DNA from: Asterias rubens
Lineage: Eukaryota
NCBI RefSeq assembly: GCF_902459465.1
Contig: NC_047065.1
Span: forward strand, 2,542,001-2,606,000
DNA: 64,000 nucleotides
Direction of reading: 5' to 3'
Part shown: positions 62,490-64,000 of the stretch, in pieces
How the letters are laid out: every line of letters starts with the position of its first letter
Position numbering within the stretch: position 1 is the first letter of the stretch
Made by a program: the position numbers and the translations under genes
Notes under the pieces: generated by a model
What the model saw: only the letters and a program-made list of their open reading frames with translations
Databases searched by the model: none
Told to the model about the DNA's origin: nothing

Positions 62490-64000
62490 GGCTCGATCAA
62501 CGATTCGAGTCAAATGGCTTGTACAAGGGCTGCTAGAGCGTTGTATGTAGTCTGTTACATGCAGTCACGCCTTGGATACTTCATCAACCTGAGGAAGAGC
62601 CAATTGCAGCCGGTTTCACGGATGGTGCATTTGGGTCTAGGGGTTTGCTCAGACTCCCTATCTTTTTGGATACCGGATAAGAAGAAGTGCTCATTCGCCC
62701 GGGTTAGGGAGGACATGTTGAAAGCGGGCTCGGTGCTTCTGAAAGAGATGCAGCGCTTTGTAGGGAAATGCCAAAGCTTCATTTTAGTGTTCCCTGCGGC
62801 TTCCCTTTTTGTCCGGGAGTGTTGCTCCTTTATGGTCAAGTTGGATGAGGTCACACCTGTTGTTTTAACTCAACCGGTACGCGATGAAGTGCTCTTTTGG
62901 CGTTTTGTCGACTCATTTTCAGAGCCTATCCCATGGAGGAAAGAGCGGCACTTGACAGTAAGGTTGGCGTCGGATGCCTCTGGTCATAAATGGGGTGGGG
63001 TTTTGTCACTTCCCGGTCAAGACGCCATCACCTTCGGCGATTATTGGTCATCCAATGTGCAAGTTATAACAGACATCTGTTACAAAGAGGCCCTGGCTTT
63101 GTATTTTGTTTTGCTGTCAGTAATAGATACACTCTGGGACAGAAGAGTCGACGTGCAGGTGGATTCGCAAAGTCTCTTCCATGCGTGGTCAAAGTTGAGA
63201 GCAAGGTCCCGAGCTCTCGCAGAGGTATTAAAGATGATTTTTGCTCTCACCCTAGAAGCTAATTTCGACCTAAAGTTGGAGTGGGTCCCAAGTGGGGAGA
63301 ACCAGGCAGATTTTCCGTCCAGGGAGCTTTCTAGAGCGGACGCTCGTCTTACAGCATCGATGTGGCATTTCCTGCAAAGGGAGCTGGGTGGAAGTTCGGG
63401 GTTTTCATGGGATCTCATGGCACTACCCTCCAACGTTCCGAAAGGCCGTGATGGAAAAACCTTAAAGTTCTTCTCAAGATTCCCAGTTCCAGGCTCGTCA
63501 GGGGTGAACGTGTTTGCACAGTCATGCCCTCGGGGTGAGAAGCTGTATGTTTTCCCTCCCTTTGTGCTAATTCCAGCTCTGATCAAGCTATTCATCGAAT
63601 GGGGAAATGTGTCGGTGACAATAGTAGTGCCGAAGCACCACCATCCAAGGTCCTGGTGGCCACGGTTAGTGTCTTTTGCGACACGGTCTTTGCGCCTAGC
63701 GGAACTCGGTCAGACAGGCGTCCTGGAATTTCCGACGAGGCGAGGATATGGAAAAAGCTCAGAGGGCCTTCGATTCGAGCTTTGGGCATGCGAGTGTCGT
63801 TTTCCTGCAGATAGTCGGATTTCGAGGGAGGTTTGTTTGCCCGCTCAGCACCCAGTGCTTCTAGTATCTGATTCGATGTTCAAGGGTATGAGGGGTTTTG
63901 GTTGGCCAGCGTCGCTGGGCGTCAGGTTGAGCGTAAATGGCGGAGCAAGATTAGGAGCCTTGTGCAGCGTTTTGGCACAGTCCTGTCGAGCAGAGAAGCC
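62490..64000 (+). CDS. pol part 2: RT C-terminus, RNase H, adenine-methyltransferase-like domain, SGNH-like start (open to window end)
   Basis: Manual translation gives ~503 codons without a stop (absent from the ORF track, presumably because it runs off the window): RLGYFINLRKSQL, QRFVGKC; RNase H LASDASGHKWGG / KEALA / VDSQ / ENQADFPSR; MT WDLMA..SN, GVNVFAQ, YVFPPF; then VLLVSDSMFK...NGGARL. Confidence 0.85.

Larger units (their letters stand above)
57440..64000 (+). mobile_element. DIRS-type (tyrosine-recombinase class) retrotransposon, running off the window; left end approximate
   Basis: Gag-like ORF with CCHC knuckle, RT, RNase H and DIRS-type methyltransferase-like domain in order; no protease or integrase before RT. 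GC content rises from ~57440. YR not seen within the window. Confidence 0.88.

Noticed and set aside
61529-64000. Gypsy/LTR, LINE or bacterial retron/group II identity for the RT
   Set aside because: No protease or integrase, no APE endonuclease; the RNase H plus YVFPP methyltransferase-like block is DIRS-type.

Overview
AT-rich eukaryotic animal DNA, probably an echinoderm such as a sea star (inferred from repeat families and gene content). There are three blocks. (1) 1 to ~48 kb is a tandem array of minus-strand, 4-exon fibrinogen-domain (FReD/FBG) genes encoding secreted signal peptide + coiled coil + FBG proteins: exon 1 of one copy at the window start, two intact copies, one copy with a frameshifted last exon, and one intact chimeric copy with a 25-aa-repeat stalk. 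Start-to-start spacings are 13,392, 11,422 and 10,486 bp. Each 10.5-13.4 kb unit also carries a decayed, intron-containing genomic fragment of ZNF341 on the + strand, an orphan copy of the FReD upstream region, a tRNA-derived SINE and many MITEs. The ligand-binding exon 4 diverges almost only by amino-acid-changing substitutions. (2) ~48-57 kb is MITE-rich non-coding DNA with the probable last two exons of a minus-strand HEAT-repeat (PPP4R1-like) gene. (3) ~57.4 kb to the end is a DIRS-type (tyrosine-recombinase class) retrotransposon. Its gag appears split by a 2.1-kb phase-0 spliceosomal intron filled with a 78-bp satellite, its pol starts behind further splice acceptors, and its pol frame runs RT, RNase H, methyltransferase-like, then SGNH-like off the window end. 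All alignments and translations were done by eye; no database search was run.
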